A stretch of DNA of 64,000 nucleotides, taken from positions 1,748 through 65,747 of IMG/VR virus record IMGVR_UViG_3300010885_013533, one strand, 5' to 3'. A model generated the notes under the pieces. It saw only the letters and a program-made list of their open reading frames with translations. It had not been told where the DNA came from and ran no database searches. Positions 27,910 through 38,654 of the stretch are shown piece by piece (the stretch's first letter is position 1; the number at the start of each line of letters is the position of its first letter). The stretch comes from a virus. Its lineage: Duplodnaviria > Caudoviricetes. Both the position numbers and the translations under genes were made by a program.

Positions 27910-28581
27910 TCAAACTTGATCTATGTATCTGTTCACTCTCTCCAACCAATTCATGAGACTGACATCGTAATCTGATTTGTTCCACACAAACTCTTGGTAT
28001 TGCAGGTCCTGACTGCACATGAATATCACACACTTACGGATTTCAGTACCAAATTGCCAGTCATGTGCGGCAGCATAGGCACATGTTTGTAATCGGTAAT
28101 CGTCCACATATTCCAGCTTTTTGGGCTTGCGAGTGGTTTTAAAATCCATGATGGCAGGTTCTCCATCATGTACACCCACCAGATCAGTTGTGCCTGCCCA
28201 GAAGGTATCAAACATGAGAGGCACTTCCAGGCCCCAAATTTCATCCACTTTGCACAGGCCTTTTTCTATGATCACATCAGCCATGTTTTTGGCTAACACT
28301 CTGCCCACGTTGGTGCCGCCAGGACGCTCTTTACCCTGCATGTGCATTTCCAAGTGCGTGTGCATGGTGGTGCCCAAGTCTGCACTTTCCTTTGTGATTT
28401 GTGTGGCAGCAGCGTCACCAATTCTTTTTTTCCAGGCCAACAAAGGGGCCAGGTCCTTGGTCTTGCTCAAAATCTGTGTCACACTGGGGGCTTTTTTGCC
28501 CTGTGCATCCATGTATGTGCGTTCATTTCCATTTTGCACTCTTTTGCAAGCTGAGTAGTCATACAACGGATTGATCTTCAT
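27910..28581 (-). CDS. PD-(D/E)XK exonuclease
   Basis: PSVTQIL, GTTMHTHLE, E…AGTTDL…IMDFKT, LQTCAYA. Confidence 0.85.
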   Translation of the reverse strand: MKINPLYDYSACKRVQNGNERTYMDAQGKKAPSVTQILSKTKDLAPLLAWKKRIGDAAATQITKESADLGTTMHTHLEMHMQGKERPGGTNVGRVLAKNMADVIIEKGLCKVDEIWGLEVPLMFDTFWAGTTDLVGVHDGEPAIMDFKTTRKPKKLEYVDDYRLQTCAYAAAHDWQFGTEIRKCVIFMCSQDLQYQEFVWNKSDYDVSLMNWLERVNRYIDQV

Positions 28582-28585
28582 GGAT

Positions 28586-29086
28586 TTATATCACAGCATG
28601 TTTCTGATTTAAATGAGTATACAGGATCTTATTGTATGTGTTCAAATCCCCTGTGCCTAATTTATGACTGTGTGACCATAATTCAGATACAGAGTGACAC
28701 CAACTGTGATTGATCCATATCCTGCCTGGCACAGCCAAAAACACATCATTTTGAACCAACCATGACTGTTTTAGTAGGGAGCCTGGTCTGGGTATTATGG
28801 GCACCATGATCTGGTCTCCTGTGTACAAATAAATGTCACCTGTGGGTAATGGAGGGGACTCAGTCTTTATGGCTAACATTTGATCAGCTATCAGATTACT
28901 TACTGTTTGACTCTTTTCTTGATCACCAAACTGTTTTACAAACAACATGGCTTTTTTAAGATCAGGCTTGCAAGTTAAAGCGTGTATTTCACTCACTTGC
29001 ATGTGAGCCGCTTGAGATAATAATTCTCTTATTTTGGGGTCTTTGTGGTTTTTATACAGGAAGTAGGGACTACGATCTGATCTCAT
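28586..29086 (-). CDS. hypothetical protein
   Basis: 166-aa ORF tightly packed in the operon. Confidence 0.6.
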   Translation of the reverse strand: MRSDRSPYFLYKNHKDPKIRELLSQAAHMQVSEIHALTCKPDLKKAMLFVKQFGDQEKSQTVSNLIADQMLAIKTESPPLPTGDIYLYTGDQIMVPIIPRPGSLLKQSWLVQNDVFLAVPGRIWINHSWCHSVSELWSHSHKLGTGDLNTYNKILYTHLNQKHAVI

Positions 29087-29089
29087 CGT

Positions 29090-29665
29090 TCACCATCGCG
29101 CATTTTCCTTGTATCCTGCTCGGATCAGTTCTGCCGCTGCCTTGATAGCACCCACTTTACCCTCACCTGCATACTTGTTGAGTATGCCTTTCACTTTAAA
29201 CATATCACCGTATTTGGCATTAGTGAAGGATAAATCACCTCTTAAGTCAATCTCTTTGGCCACCAGGCTTCTCAACAAAGGCAGTTTGGGATTCCAGGAC
29301 ACAAAAAACACGCCTTTGAGTGTTTCAGGCAGCCCTTCCAGACTGGTCAGTTGATTGTTACCAACACAGTAAAAGTCTGTGCCCACATGCTCAGGTGCTC
29401 CCAATAATGATGTGAGCAGATTGCCTGAACAATAATACCTCTCGCCCACTTTTTTGGGCGAGCCCACCAAGGTCTCCAACATCTTGCTGCTGCATACAAA
29501 GTCGCCACTCACCTTACCAAATGTGACACCCAGTTGTTTGACTTGCCTGATCAAGCTCACATCACCTGTCACGTCCACCACTCCAGTCACAGGATGAATC
29601 TTGTATGTGCCTGTGATTCTGAATCGTTTCTTTAATCTGGTTTCAATGTCAGTGACATTCACCAT
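29090..29665 (-). CDS. orphan tenth copy of the LRR-like NARW family (3 repeats)
   Basis: Same repeat and N-cap; ends AAAELIRAGYKENARW. Confidence 0.85.
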   Translation of the reverse strand: MVNVTDIETRLKKRFRITGTYKIHPVTGVVDVTGDVSLIRQVKQLGVTFGKVSGDFVCSSKMLETLVGSPKKVGERYYCSGNLLTSLLGAPEHVGTDFYCVGNNQLTSLEGLPETLKGVFFVSWNPKLPLLRSLVAKEIDLRGDLSFTNAKYGDMFKVKGILNKYAGEGKVGAIKAAAELIRAGYKENARW

Positions 29666-32193
29666 CTAATGGTCCATTGCAAGGTGGTGCCTGTGGTGGG
29701 ATTAGTTTCCAGTACGGTGCTGTATCCCAGATCGTCAAAGTATTTCTTCACACTGGCAATCTGATCCTTGTATGGACGCACTAACAGATCGCCACTGGGC
29801 GTCAAACCACAGTTTACCTTCCAATAATCTTGGCTGGCTTCATAAGCACGCACATAGAACAAGCCTTGCCCCGCGCTGAGTACAGCTACAGCAGTTGCTT
29901 GTATGCCTGTGCTCAAGGGGGCGTTTAACATGACACTGGGGGTACTTTGGTAATCATCCCCAGCGGAGGTTATAACCACTTCTGCAACTGCAAATGATCG
30001 TTGTGCACGTACTATGGGTAACACAGGAAAACCAGTTTCCTCCAAAGGAATAACAAATGTGATCACAGGGTCGCTAGCATAACCTTCACCAGTGGCTGTC
30101 ACATTCACTTGTGAAACACTTGTGGTTTGCAACACACTTACTGCTTGAGATTGACCTCCTTGAATGACAACTGTGGGAGGAAGCACATAATCATACCCTC
30201 CGTTTAGAAGTTCAATGCGATCTAATGGAGTGTCTATCAGGCTGGCTCTCCCCTGTGCATTACCTTCTATTACAACCTCTGGTAAACTGGTATACCCAAA
30301 CCCTGGATCAGTCACAGTCACTAATGTCACTTGTCCATTTTCAATTGTGGCCTCTGCTTGTGCTCCTGCCCCATCACCACCTGTGATTACGACCCCAGGA
30401 GGATCCACATACCCTGATCCAGGATCAACCACACGCACATTGGCCACCCCTGTGGGAACCAAAATGGCAATTCCAGCAGCACCAAATCCGCAACTAAGCG
30501 AAACGTCTGGAATTATGTCATAACCCAAGCCAGGATCTATTATGTCCACTGCTGTGACCACACCAGCAATAATGCGAGAATTAGCTTTGGCTACTCTATA
30601 GCTATTACCCGGGGTAGTGATAGAAGGGTTTCCTGGCCCCCCGCTTATGATGTTGATGGAATCTATAATCACATTGGGCGGAACCTGATAACCTGTACCG
30701 CCACTAGATAACGTGATCTTATCTACGCCCATGCTGATATCCACAAAAGCATTTTGGCCTGTTCCGGAATAAACTGGATTATTTTGCAACACTGGTAGTG
30801 CAGTATAAGATCCACCGTTAACAATTTGTACACTCTGTATGCCGCCACCAGGGGTAATTGCAGTCACTTGTAACACGGCATTTTGTGTACCTGCACCACC
30901 ACTAACATACAATTGATCATTTACTTGATAATTTTGGCCCAAGGATCTAATTTGTGTTTGTATCACTTTCATGTACACTGTTTGTACAGTAGCCCCGCCT
31001 CCAGGTGTTGTAAACGTGACAGTGGGCACATCCACATATATACTACCACCATTGTTGAGCACATCCACCCTGCTGACTACTGTGGGACGCAATTGCACTA
31101 CTGCTGTGGCACCTGTGCCGTTGCTGATAATCATGTTGGGTGTAGAGATATAACCTGATCCTGGGTTAGTCACAATAAATGCGCTTACTATACCACCTGA
31201 CAATTGAGCTTGTACAGTTGCATTTGTGCCACCACCACCTTGCACAGTCACCAAGGGGGGTTGGGCATAACTTAGTCCACCAGTTCCCACACTCACACTT
31301 AATATACCCATACTCAAATTCAAACTGCAACCTGAGCCCACACCTGAGCCTGATGTGGAACTTCCTGTCAAGTTAGGCAGTTGTGTGCTCAAGTAGCTAC
31401 CTGAGTTAATAAGCACAACCTGAGTCACTGCACCACCATTAACTTGTGTGACCTGTACAGATGCAGCGGGTGAGCCACTGCCACTTATCAAAGTTAATGT
31501 GTCGCCCACATTATAACTGGACCCACCAAATGTGATGCCTGTGATGGAAGTCACTTTAAATCTGATTGCACCTGCTGATGCACCTGACCCTGGTGAAGTC
31601 ACTTGTACATCCGGAGTCCGAGTGAATCCTGAACCACCATCTAACACTGTTATGGATTCCAATCTGCCCCGGATATTCAAATGTGCCACAGCTTGGGCAT
31701 CAGATCTGGGGGACCCACCTGTGATCCTTACCAATGGGGCGGTCACATATCCTGATCCAGATTGTATTATGTTGATAGCGCCCACACCAAGCGCAATGTC
31801 TATGGGTATGGGTCTATTTGCTAGAGCATCTGCGCGGGTAGCAGCCAGTTTGATATGATCTGCATCCACATAAATCACATAATAGTATGTGAGTGCTTGC
31901 AAAGGTGCTGGTAACTGGCTTGTGCTATAAACAGTGACTATGTCCCCTTGGCTGAAGCCATGCATGAGCACTTGTATAGTGTTTGAGGATACATCAACTG
32001 TGAACACTTTACTGGCTGTTGCAGGCAGCATGGTCATAGGGCTTTCACCACTCACTGTGACTTGATAATCACCTCGCTGTACTGCCCTCATGATTTCCAT
32101 CTCAACTGCACTGATTTCGCCATGCACTGCAATATCTTTAACTATATTGTTACGGGCTTCTGTGGCTGTTACGAACCAATTAGCTGTTACCAT
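29659..32193 (-). CDS. large virion structural protein with GSGY-x3-P repeats
   Basis: Many VxxxGSGYxxxPxVxIxGG repeats typical of T4-like baseplate/tail proteins. Confidence 0.75.
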   Translation of the reverse strand: MVTANWFVTATEARNNIVKDIAVHGEISAVEMEIMRAVQRGDYQVTVSGESPMTMLPATASKVFTVDVSSNTIQVLMHGFSQGDIVTVYSTSQLPAPLQALTYYYVIYVDADHIKLAATRADALANRPIPIDIALGVGAINIIQSGSGYVTAPLVRITGGSPRSDAQAVAHLNIRGRLESITVLDGGSGFTRTPDVQVTSPGSGASAGAIRFKVTSITGITFGGSSYNVGDTLTLISGSGSPAASVQVTQVNGGAVTQVVLINSGSYLSTQLPNLTGSSTSGSGVGSGCSLNLSMGILSVSVGTGGLSYAQPPLVTVQGGGGTNATVQAQLSGGIVSAFIVTNPGSGYISTPNMIISNGTGATAVVQLRPTVVSRVDVLNNGGSIYVDVPTVTFTTPGGGATVQTVYMKVIQTQIRSLGQNYQVNDQLYVSGGAGTQNAVLQVTAITPGGGIQSVQIVNGGSYTALPVLQNNPVYSGTGQNAFVDISMGVDKITLSSGGTGYQVPPNVIIDSINIISGGPGNPSITTPGNSYRVAKANSRIIAGVVTAVDIIDPGLGYDIIPDVSLSCGFGAAGIAILVPTGVANVRVVDPGSGYVDPPGVVITGGDGAGAQAEATIENGQVTLVTVTDPGFGYTSLPEVVIEGNAQGRASLIDTPLDRIELLNGGYDYVLPPTVVIQGGQSQAVSVLQTTSVSQVNVTATGEGYASDPVITFVIPLEETGFPVLPIVRAQRSFAVAEVVITSAGDDYQSTPSVMLNAPLSTGIQATAVAVLSAGQGLFYVRAYEASQDYWKVNCGLTPSGDLLVRPYKDQIASVKKYFDDLGYSTVLETNPTTGTTLQWTIRW

Positions 32194-32537
32194 TACTTGA
32201 TCCTCTGTGTAAGAGCGTTTTTAGCCATTTTCTGCACAGCTTTTGCACGGTCTGGCTTAACTGGTGCCTTGGGTGTGACAGCTGGTTCCGAATCAGGTAG
32301 ATCTAGGACAATTTCTTCAGGTGTGCTGTTTTCCACATCCACCACAGACATGTCTTGCACCTGACCCCACAGCCAGTTTTTATCCATGAAGAAGTTTCTT
32401 TCTTCCAAACTTTTAAGTAGCTGGGATGTTTTGATAGTGGGTATGCCCATGGCATGTTGAGTGGTGATCAGAGTGATCAGTGCATCGCGTGCAAGGTCTT
32501 CGTGTGATTGTTCGCAAAGGAATTCATGTGCTCTCAT
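32193..32537 (-). CDS. hypothetical (putative head-associated) protein
   Basis: 114 aa; MRAHEFLCE leader; TAAATA upstream. Confidence 0.65.
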   Translation of the reverse strand: MRAHEFLCEQSHEDLARDALITLITTQHAMGIPTIKTSQLLKSLEERNFFMDKNWLWGQVQDMSVVDVENSTPEEIVLDLPDSEPAVTPKAPVKPDRAKAVQKMAKNALTQRIK

Positions 32538-32631
32538 AATGACATATTTACTTCATCCTGGATGGTTTTAATACAGAAACACCAGGATGTGGTGCATCCT
32601 GGTGTGTATTATGCGCATGTGTGCAGATGAT

Positions 32632-34458
32632 TCAGATTTGATCCAGCAATCTGTTTTTCACTGCCTTAACATGCTCAGGGTCAATTGTTTCCATGACTTT
32701 GATATGATCTTCGTTGTATCTGAGCCATGTGTCACGGGTCACTGCACTTTCAAAAAACTTACGGAAACGTTCGCCATATGTGTATTGACCTCTAACACCC
32801 CAAGGTTCACTTGTTAGTTGTTGATCCAGTTTGGCCACCTTGCGATGTGTTTGCGCTTGGAATCTGGCAGATTCCAGGAGTTCTCCTTTGAGCTGCTTGT
32901 GTGTTTCCACTAGTTCATGAATCTGAGTCCTAATCATGCGCATGTGGTTTTGCAACACAGCAGATTGTAAGTCACCTTGGTTTTGAATCCAGTTTTCACT
33001 AAGAGTGTGCACATGAGCTGAATAACTTTCTTTCACATTTTGAAAGCGTTCCTTGAGCTCTTGAACTTGATGCCTGATGTGAATCAGCTGTTGTTCTTTG
33101 AGGCCTTTTTCAACTCCACGTGCAATTTTGTGAGCAAGTGTGATTGTGCTCTTCTTGAGAGGAGGTGTATCACCAGTCTGCTCAATGGCTTGTGCCATAC
33201 CAATTGCATATGGATTTTTGCCTTTGTTGGCCTCTGTCATTAGCTTTTTAGCATCAGCCTTCTGTTTGGGTGTAGCCACCTTGCCATCAGGTGTCTTGCC
33301 TGTCTTGACCATTTGTTCAGCAGCACTTTTAGCTAACGCAATTTGTGCAGCTTGTTGGGTGGGATTAAGTGTGGCTTCAGCTACTTCCTTCTTGGCCCTA
33401 CCCAAAGGCTCTTCTTCAGGGCCACTTCCTGCTGGGGTGGCTGCAAACTCTTTTTCGAAATCAATCTCACCCGTTGGTGCTGTGGCAGTTTGATCAGCTG
33501 GAGTAGCTGCTGGTGCCGCTAGAGTAGGGGCCCCCATGGGAGGCAATGGTTGTGCAATATCTACTGGAGCAGCAGGCATACCCCCAGCTTCCATGGTGTT
33601 GATAGCGTTGTCTGTTTGATCTTTGGCTGCAATGATGCTGTCCAGTACAGTTTGCAGGTTTTGCTTGACCACATTGTTGAATGCTGTAGCAGCTTCCATA
33701 CCAAATTGATCCTTCATGGTGTCCACTAGTGGCATCAGATCATCCACAGCCATCTTTGCTGCATCTTCCGCCATCTTTTGTAATCTGTCACTAATGTCTT
33801 GGGCAGCTAACAAAGTTTGTGCCTTGTCCAGGTTGGTATCTTCTTGAAGCACTCTGTCTTTAACCTTGATACTGGTGGGTTTAATTCCAGGTGCATCTGC
33901 ACTTGCACTGCCAGTACGGCCCACATGCCCAGAACCTGGTCTGTGGAATTTGGCACCCTTGGCCACTCTGGTGTTACCATATGTGGGTGCCTTTTTGGCC
34001 ATCCATTCATCTCTCAATCTGTCTGCTTCAGGATCCTGTTTGGCTTCATCAACTTCTTTGTGTTTGGCCTGCTTGGCAGCTTGCTTCATGGATTCCTTGC
34101 GATCACCATCTTTGTCCAGATCCAGGAAGTCTGGTTTGGCAGCCTTGGCTTCATTCAGAGTGGGCATACTTGTTTCCTTATGTTCTTTCACACGCTTGCG
34201 ACGTCTGGGTGCAATCTCTGTGAGCATTTTCACAGCTTCCAGTATGAGACTGGCCCTCACATATGCAGGTTGCTGCATGTAGGAATTGAAATCTTGATCT
34301 TGCACAATTTGTTGTTTTTCAGCTATGGCATCTGATGCCCATTCTGAAAGTTTGTGAACATCATGCACAGGTAATTCACAAGCATGCACATGCTTGAGTG
34401 TATGCAAGATTTGATTCAGTCTGTGGTGAGGGGAAGCAGAGAGATGATCTACAAACAT
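32632..34458 (-). CDS. coiled-coil protein, putative prohead core / internal head protein
   Basis: Charged helical protein with repeated LxE sites and KPDFLDLDKDGDRKESMK motif. Confidence 0.6.
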   Translation of the reverse strand: MFVDHLSASPHHRLNQILHTLKHVHACELPVHDVHKLSEWASDAIAEKQQIVQDQDFNSYMQQPAYVRASLILEAVKMLTEIAPRRRKRVKEHKETSMPTLNEAKAAKPDFLDLDKDGDRKESMKQAAKQAKHKEVDEAKQDPEADRLRDEWMAKKAPTYGNTRVAKGAKFHRPGSGHVGRTGSASADAPGIKPTSIKVKDRVLQEDTNLDKAQTLLAAQDISDRLQKMAEDAAKMAVDDLMPLVDTMKDQFGMEAATAFNNVVKQNLQTVLDSIIAAKDQTDNAINTMEAGGMPAAPVDIAQPLPPMGAPTLAAPAATPADQTATAPTGEIDFEKEFAATPAGSGPEEEPLGRAKKEVAEATLNPTQQAAQIALAKSAAEQMVKTGKTPDGKVATPKQKADAKKLMTEANKGKNPYAIGMAQAIEQTGDTPPLKKSTITLAHKIARGVEKGLKEQQLIHIRHQVQELKERFQNVKESYSAHVHTLSENWIQNQGDLQSAVLQNHMRMIRTQIHELVETHKQLKGELLESARFQAQTHRKVAKLDQQLTSEPWGVRGQYTYGERFRKFFESAVTRDTWLRYNEDHIKVMETIDPEHVKAVKNRLLDQI

Positions 34459-34506
34459 GGCCAAACTTTTCTAAACTCGTGGTTTGAATTATTTAGCGGC
34501 GGAACA

Positions 34507-34809
34507 TTAGAACAAACTGAAGCTTTTTCCGCAGCCACATGCGCTTGTGGCTTCTGGCACAGTTAATAGGAATTGGCTACCACTCAAGTCCACATGATAA
34601 TCCAGCACTGCGTTTTGTAATATGTCTGCACTTGTCAAATCCATGCAAACTTGTCCAATAGTTACATCTTGATCTGGATCCGGATGTGGAACCAAACTAA
34701 ATGCATGTTCAAAACCAGAACAACCTCCTGCACGCACACTAACTCTGAACCATTCAGTAGGGTCACAAATTAGTGAAATCTTTAATTGTGCTTGAGGAGT
34801 AATCATCAT
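34507..34809 (-). CDS. HesB/IscA family Fe-S cluster carrier
   Basis: GGCSG and C-terminal CGCGKSF. Confidence 0.92.
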   Translation of the reverse strand: MMITPQAQLKISLICDPTEWFRVSVRAGGCSGFEHAFSLVPHPDPDQDVTIGQVCMDLTSADILQNAVLDYHVDLSGSQFLLTVPEATSACGCGKSFSLF

Positions 34810-35471
34810 AGTTTAGCATAAATCCTTTTGACCTTAATTTTGGCATGTGCAGCTTTATCCATGCTGGCTGCTTTACGTGCTTCAAAAACGTCCACCTTGC
34901 TCAACTGCATTTGAGTACTTGCACGTTTTACCAATTTATGGTAATGAATGGCGTCAATACGATGACTGGTGTATGCAGCTTCTGCTTCAAGTAGTTCTCT
35001 CACCTGGGCATGGTTAACATACTTGCCGGAATTCAGCAACTTGACCAATCCATGTGCAGCTTCATACAAGCTGAGTTCGGATGCCAGTTTTTCACCAGTG
35101 ACACCATGCACCACATCATAATATTGCTTGCCTGCCACACGTTGTTCGTCCATGCGTACTGCAATCTTATAGTGGCCAATTTTCACAGAATCATTTTGTT
35201 TTTCGGTAACCAACGCTTCTGCCACATGAGCATCATGCTTGCTTTCATACAGTAGGTGCACATTTGTTTGTTCCACAGCTTGGTTGAACTTTTGCAACAC
35301 ACTGGCCATGGCGTGAATATCTTGGTTTGTAACTTGACCAGCACCATCCAATTGTACAGGCATTTCATGTGTATTGGCTGCCAACGCCTGACGAGGGGCT
35401 GGGGTAATTTTGCCATTCATGATGTCAATTAAATGTGCCATGGCCAGTCTGTCTGTTTCGTTCACAACCAC
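34806..35471 (-). CDS. hypothetical protein
   Basis: 221-aa ORF overlapping the next gene by ATGA. Confidence 0.7.
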   Translation of the reverse strand: MVVNETDRLAMAHLIDIMNGKITPAPRQALAANTHEMPVQLDGAGQVTNQDIHAMASVLQKFNQAVEQTNVHLLYESKHDAHVAEALVTEKQNDSVKIGHYKIAVRMDEQRVAGKQYYDVVHGVTGEKLASELSLYEAAHGLVKLLNSGKYVNHAQVRELLEAEAAYTSHRIDAIHYHKLVKRASTQMQLSKVDVFEARKAASMDKAAHAKIKVKRIYAKL

Positions 35472-35472
35472 A

Positions 35473-35700
35473 TTAAATCCTCCATACTTGTTCAGGGTCA
35501 GGTTTACAATAAGCTAGCTTATTCTGTACCATGCACCGTGTCAATGCTCCTTTATGTACCAATTCGGTTGCCAAATATTGTTCTCTTTCTGTAAGCTGCT
35601 TTTTCAGAATGGGTTGACCATTTTGAAACTTGTCCAGTAGTTCAGATTGTTCATTGCTGATAAGCAGTTGAAATCCCGTATTCAAATATAATATTTTCAT
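35473..35700 (-). CDS. small hypothetical protein
   Basis: 75 aa, packed between neighbours. Confidence 0.65.
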   Translation of the reverse strand: MKILYLNTGFQLLISNEQSELLDKFQNGQPILKKQLTEREQYLATELVHKGALTRCMVQNKLAYCKPDPEQVWRI

Positions 35701-35702
35701 GA

Positions 35703-36566
35703 TTATGTCTTCATGTTACCAGCAGCTTTTTGTGCTTTACGGCCCAGTGCTTTAACATGCAACTGAATTTCTTCCTGAGTGTCTGCTGTCACAGGCTCAT
35801 GTTGTAATTTTTCAATTTCTGCCATGTGCATGCGTAACTCTTGTAACCAGGCAGTTTCAGGTAGAACCTTGAGGTTCATATTGGCTAGCATGTGCATGAG
35901 GCTTGCTTTTTCACGTGTATCAGGCACTCCTGCTAACTGTTTGATCCTCACCAAGCTGGGCATATCAGTCATGCCCATCACATGCTCTTGTAGGGATTGC
36001 AAATGTCTGCGAGGCACCAAGATCATGTGATCTTGATTGCGGATGCCCACCAAGTTGTCAGGTGCTTGTGGAATTTGCACTTGCCACATGGTGTTCTCAT
36101 ACATGACCACACTTTCTTTAATATATGACTGAGCATAATCATGCAACATGGATGCATCAGATCCACTTATATCTGATTTTTCTTTGTCTGTAGCCTCCTG
36201 ATACAACTGCGATAACAGTTCTGAATCTAAACTGGGCCAAACCAGACGCCAATCATCTTCATCCAGTTTACCAATCAGTGGCCAAAGATCAGTTAGCTCT
36301 TGATCATTCTTGATCAATTTGCGACCTAAACTTTTAATCTCTGTTTTAATTTCCTGAACGCCTTCTGGTTCTTCAGGGTTGTCAGAATCTGCATCGGCAC
36401 TCACATCTGACAATATTTCATCTATGGCATCTGAATCTTCATCTGCCACAGCCGCAGTCAGGTTTATCACTTGATCTGCATTCATGAGATCCATGAGATC
36501 TTGAATTTCAGCTTCACTCTTGTCTGTGAGGTCAGCTGTCTTCTGAGCTAGCTCTTTTGTGTTCAT
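35703..36566 (-). CDS. acidic hypothetical protein
   Basis: Long ORF; RIKQLAG motif. Confidence 0.65.
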   Translation of the reverse strand: MNTKELAQKTADLTDKSEAEIQDLMDLMNADQVINLTAAVADEDSDAIDEILSDVSADADSDNPEEPEGVQEIKTEIKSLGRKLIKNDQELTDLWPLIGKLDEDDWRLVWPSLDSELLSQLYQEATDKEKSDISGSDASMLHDYAQSYIKESVVMYENTMWQVQIPQAPDNLVGIRNQDHMILVPRRHLQSLQEHVMGMTDMPSLVRIKQLAGVPDTREKASLMHMLANMNLKVLPETAWLQELRMHMAEIEKLQHEPVTADTQEEIQLHVKALGRKAQKAAGNMKT

Positions 36567-36740
36567 GGGAAGGTCTCTCAATAGGGAACATGGGTTGGTT
36601 TATAACAGGCGTGTGCGCATGGTGTTTTGTGACCACTCTACGCAACAGACCCTTTTTACGCACAAATTGGATTCTGTGTGTGCCCACCGGTATTTGTTCT
36701 AGTTTCATGAACATATTTAGGTCAATTTGGTCACAGATGA

Positions 36741-36766
36741 CAAAAGGCGCATTGCTGCGCCTTTTG
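36741..36766. terminator. bidirectional intrinsic terminator
   Basis: CAAAAGGCGCA-TTGC-TGCGCCTTTTG. Confidence 0.7.
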
Positions 36767-36788
36767 TGCATTGTATTGTAAAAAACTA

Positions 36789-37412
36789 TTACAGTTCGTT
36801 ACGCACTTTGGCAATTATGTTTCTGTCATTGTCGCTGCCGCCAACCACAAAACTGGTTGCTGCAATTGCAGTTGTTGCAACTGTTGGAGTGCCAGCCAAA
36901 GCTGCCAACAGCTGGTAGCCGTTTGCATTGCTTTCTGCTGTGCTGGTGTCCACAACCCAAGCTGGATTACGCTCAGTGGCCAAGTTGATGTAGTAACCTG
37001 TCTGTGCACCGTTATATGTGCTGCCGAAGTCAACTGCATTCACACCGCTAGCCAACACTGTTGCACCGTTGCCATCAGCAATAGCTGCTGAGCTCACGCT
37101 CACAACCACTGGGTTTGCACGAGTTGCAAACACGTTGAGCAGGGTATTCAAGTTTTGCTGCTTGGTATATGCATCTGTGTATGATGCATCTGAGCTATAT
37201 GTGGTGGTACCACCGTTACCATCAGTAACTGTGATGGTGCGGCTGCCGCTCAGGCTGGTCCAGTTACGGGCCTTAAGAGCTTGTGCAAGGGGTGTCTTCA
37301 CACTGGTGGGGTAGCAAGGAACCACTGTGACGATTTGGAAAAAGTTAAGATTGCCAGTGAGGAATTCGCCACCGCGAGCTCCTGAATTGACGTCAGTTTG
37401 ACCGTAGGCCAT
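36789..37412 (-). CDS. putative virion structural protein
   Basis: T/A/S/G-rich 207 aa, strong AGGAG RBS, followed by terminator. Confidence 0.7.
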   Translation of the reverse strand: MAYGQTDVNSGARGGEFLTGNLNFFQIVTVVPCYPTSVKTPLAQALKARNWTSLSGSRTITVTDGNGGTTTYSSDASYTDAYTKQQNLNTLLNVFATRANPVVVSVSSAAIADGNGATVLASGVNAVDFGSTYNGAQTGYYINLATERNPAWVVDTSTAESNANGYQLLAALAGTPTVATTAIAATSFVVGGSDNDRNIIAKVRNEL

Positions 37413-37452
37413 AGTATTTGTCTCCTAAAAAAAAGAGTGCATGATTGCAAAA

Positions 37453-37896
37453 CTATTTAGGACGTGAGTGTTTTTTCTTGGGTTTCGCACTAGTTTTTGC
37501 GGGAGTCACATAACCAAACAAACTGGGTCTGCGCATCACAATGCCAAATGGATTCACTGTGCTGGCCACAGCCCCGGAACTGGTTCCGCCACCACTGGCG
37601 AATTCCAGCAGGCTGTCCTTGTCCAAAACGCCCACCAGTTTGTTATCCACATACAAGTTGTGACGGATATTTCTGGTTGGATTGAGTTTTACTATGCGAT
37701 CATGGTATTCTTTGGCTTCTTTTTCTGTAGGATAGGTGGTGGTGGCATCGTGCATCTTGCTTTCTGTACCATCCTTGTTTAGTTTTACCAGTTTGGAGGT
37801 GTGTTGCGCAGCAGATTTATCTGCACGCCACTTGGTTAGGTCTCTGCCAGCATGTTTCCAGCCTTTGATGGCTTCTTGCAGTTCTGATATTTTCAT
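37453..37896 (-). CDS. hypothetical (putative head) protein
   Basis: MKISELQE leader; LLEFASGGGTSSGAVAS motif. Confidence 0.65.
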   Translation of the reverse strand: MKISELQEAIKGWKHAGRDLTKWRADKSAAQHTSKLVKLNKDGTESKMHDATTTYPTEKEAKEYHDRIVKLNPTRNIRHNLYVDNKLVGVLDKDSLLEFASGGGTSSGAVASTVNPFGIVMRRPSLFGYVTPAKTSAKPKKKHSRPK

Positions 37897-38654
37897 TTTT
37901 TACTTCCTCCGAATAATGCCTTACCCAACAAATATGCACCCACACCCAATCCAGCTCCCACTGCCAATTGCTTCAACAAACTGGGCTTCTTTTCCGCTGA
38001 CCCCACGGTGGTTACTGTGCCGCCACAGTTTTTACCAGTCTCAGGATCACATGCATGATGGATTTCCCAATCACGATCTCTTGCCAATGTTTGTAATTTG
38101 TTTATCACATCGCCTTGTGCTGCTTTGGCTCGTATGGCCTGTAATAGTCTGGTCATCACCAAACACTGTGCTTCTGTGTGCACATGATCCAGGTGCCAGT
38201 CAGTCAAGATACGTCTCATGCTCTTGTAGTTGCTGGTGGTGATTTTTAAATCACGCTCCATTTGTAGTAACAATCTGCCACTCAGTTCTGGATCAAAGTT
38301 CACATGTTGCAAATTGTGCAGAAATCTTTCCACAGTGTGTGGATCCACATGCATCTGTTGCAATAGCAAATCACTAGCATCTGGGTTACGCAGATAGTGT
38401 GTCCAGGTGTGAGTTTGTGAAATCAACACGGTGAGAAACTGATATAAGTCTGAGCGGTTCAGATTGGTCATGTGCCAGCCATTTGTGCTCAACGTGGTGG
38501 TTGCATACTGTCTCACCCAAGGGGCTGTTTCAAACTCCTGCCTACACATGTGCAACGCCAACATGTAACAAAATGCCAAGTCTGCCACATCTCTGGCAGA
38601 GTACTTGTTGATCTTACTAAAGTTTTGCAGCAGCTTGCTTTCCACTATACTCAT
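37893..38654 (-). CDS. hypothetical protein with C-terminal hydrophobic glycine-rich helix
   Basis: LAVGAGLGVGAYLLGKALFG; ATGA-type overlaps. Confidence 0.7.
   Translation of the reverse strand: MSIVESKLLQNFSKINKYSARDVADLAFCYMLALHMCRQEFETAPWVRQYATTTLSTNGWHMTNLNRSDLYQFLTVLISQTHTWTHYLRNPDASDLLLQQMHVDPHTVERFLHNLQHVNFDPELSGRLLLQMERDLKITTSNYKSMRRILTDWHLDHVHTEAQCLVMTRLLQAIRAKAAQGDVINKLQTLARDRDWEIHHACDPETGKNCGGTVTTVGSAEKKPSLLKQLAVGAGLGVGAYLLGKALFGGSKK

Noticed and set aside
36532-36771. 79-aa minus-strand ORF
   Set aside because: Spans a terminator and overlaps the next gene; a shorter version from about 36713 may be real but cannot be supported
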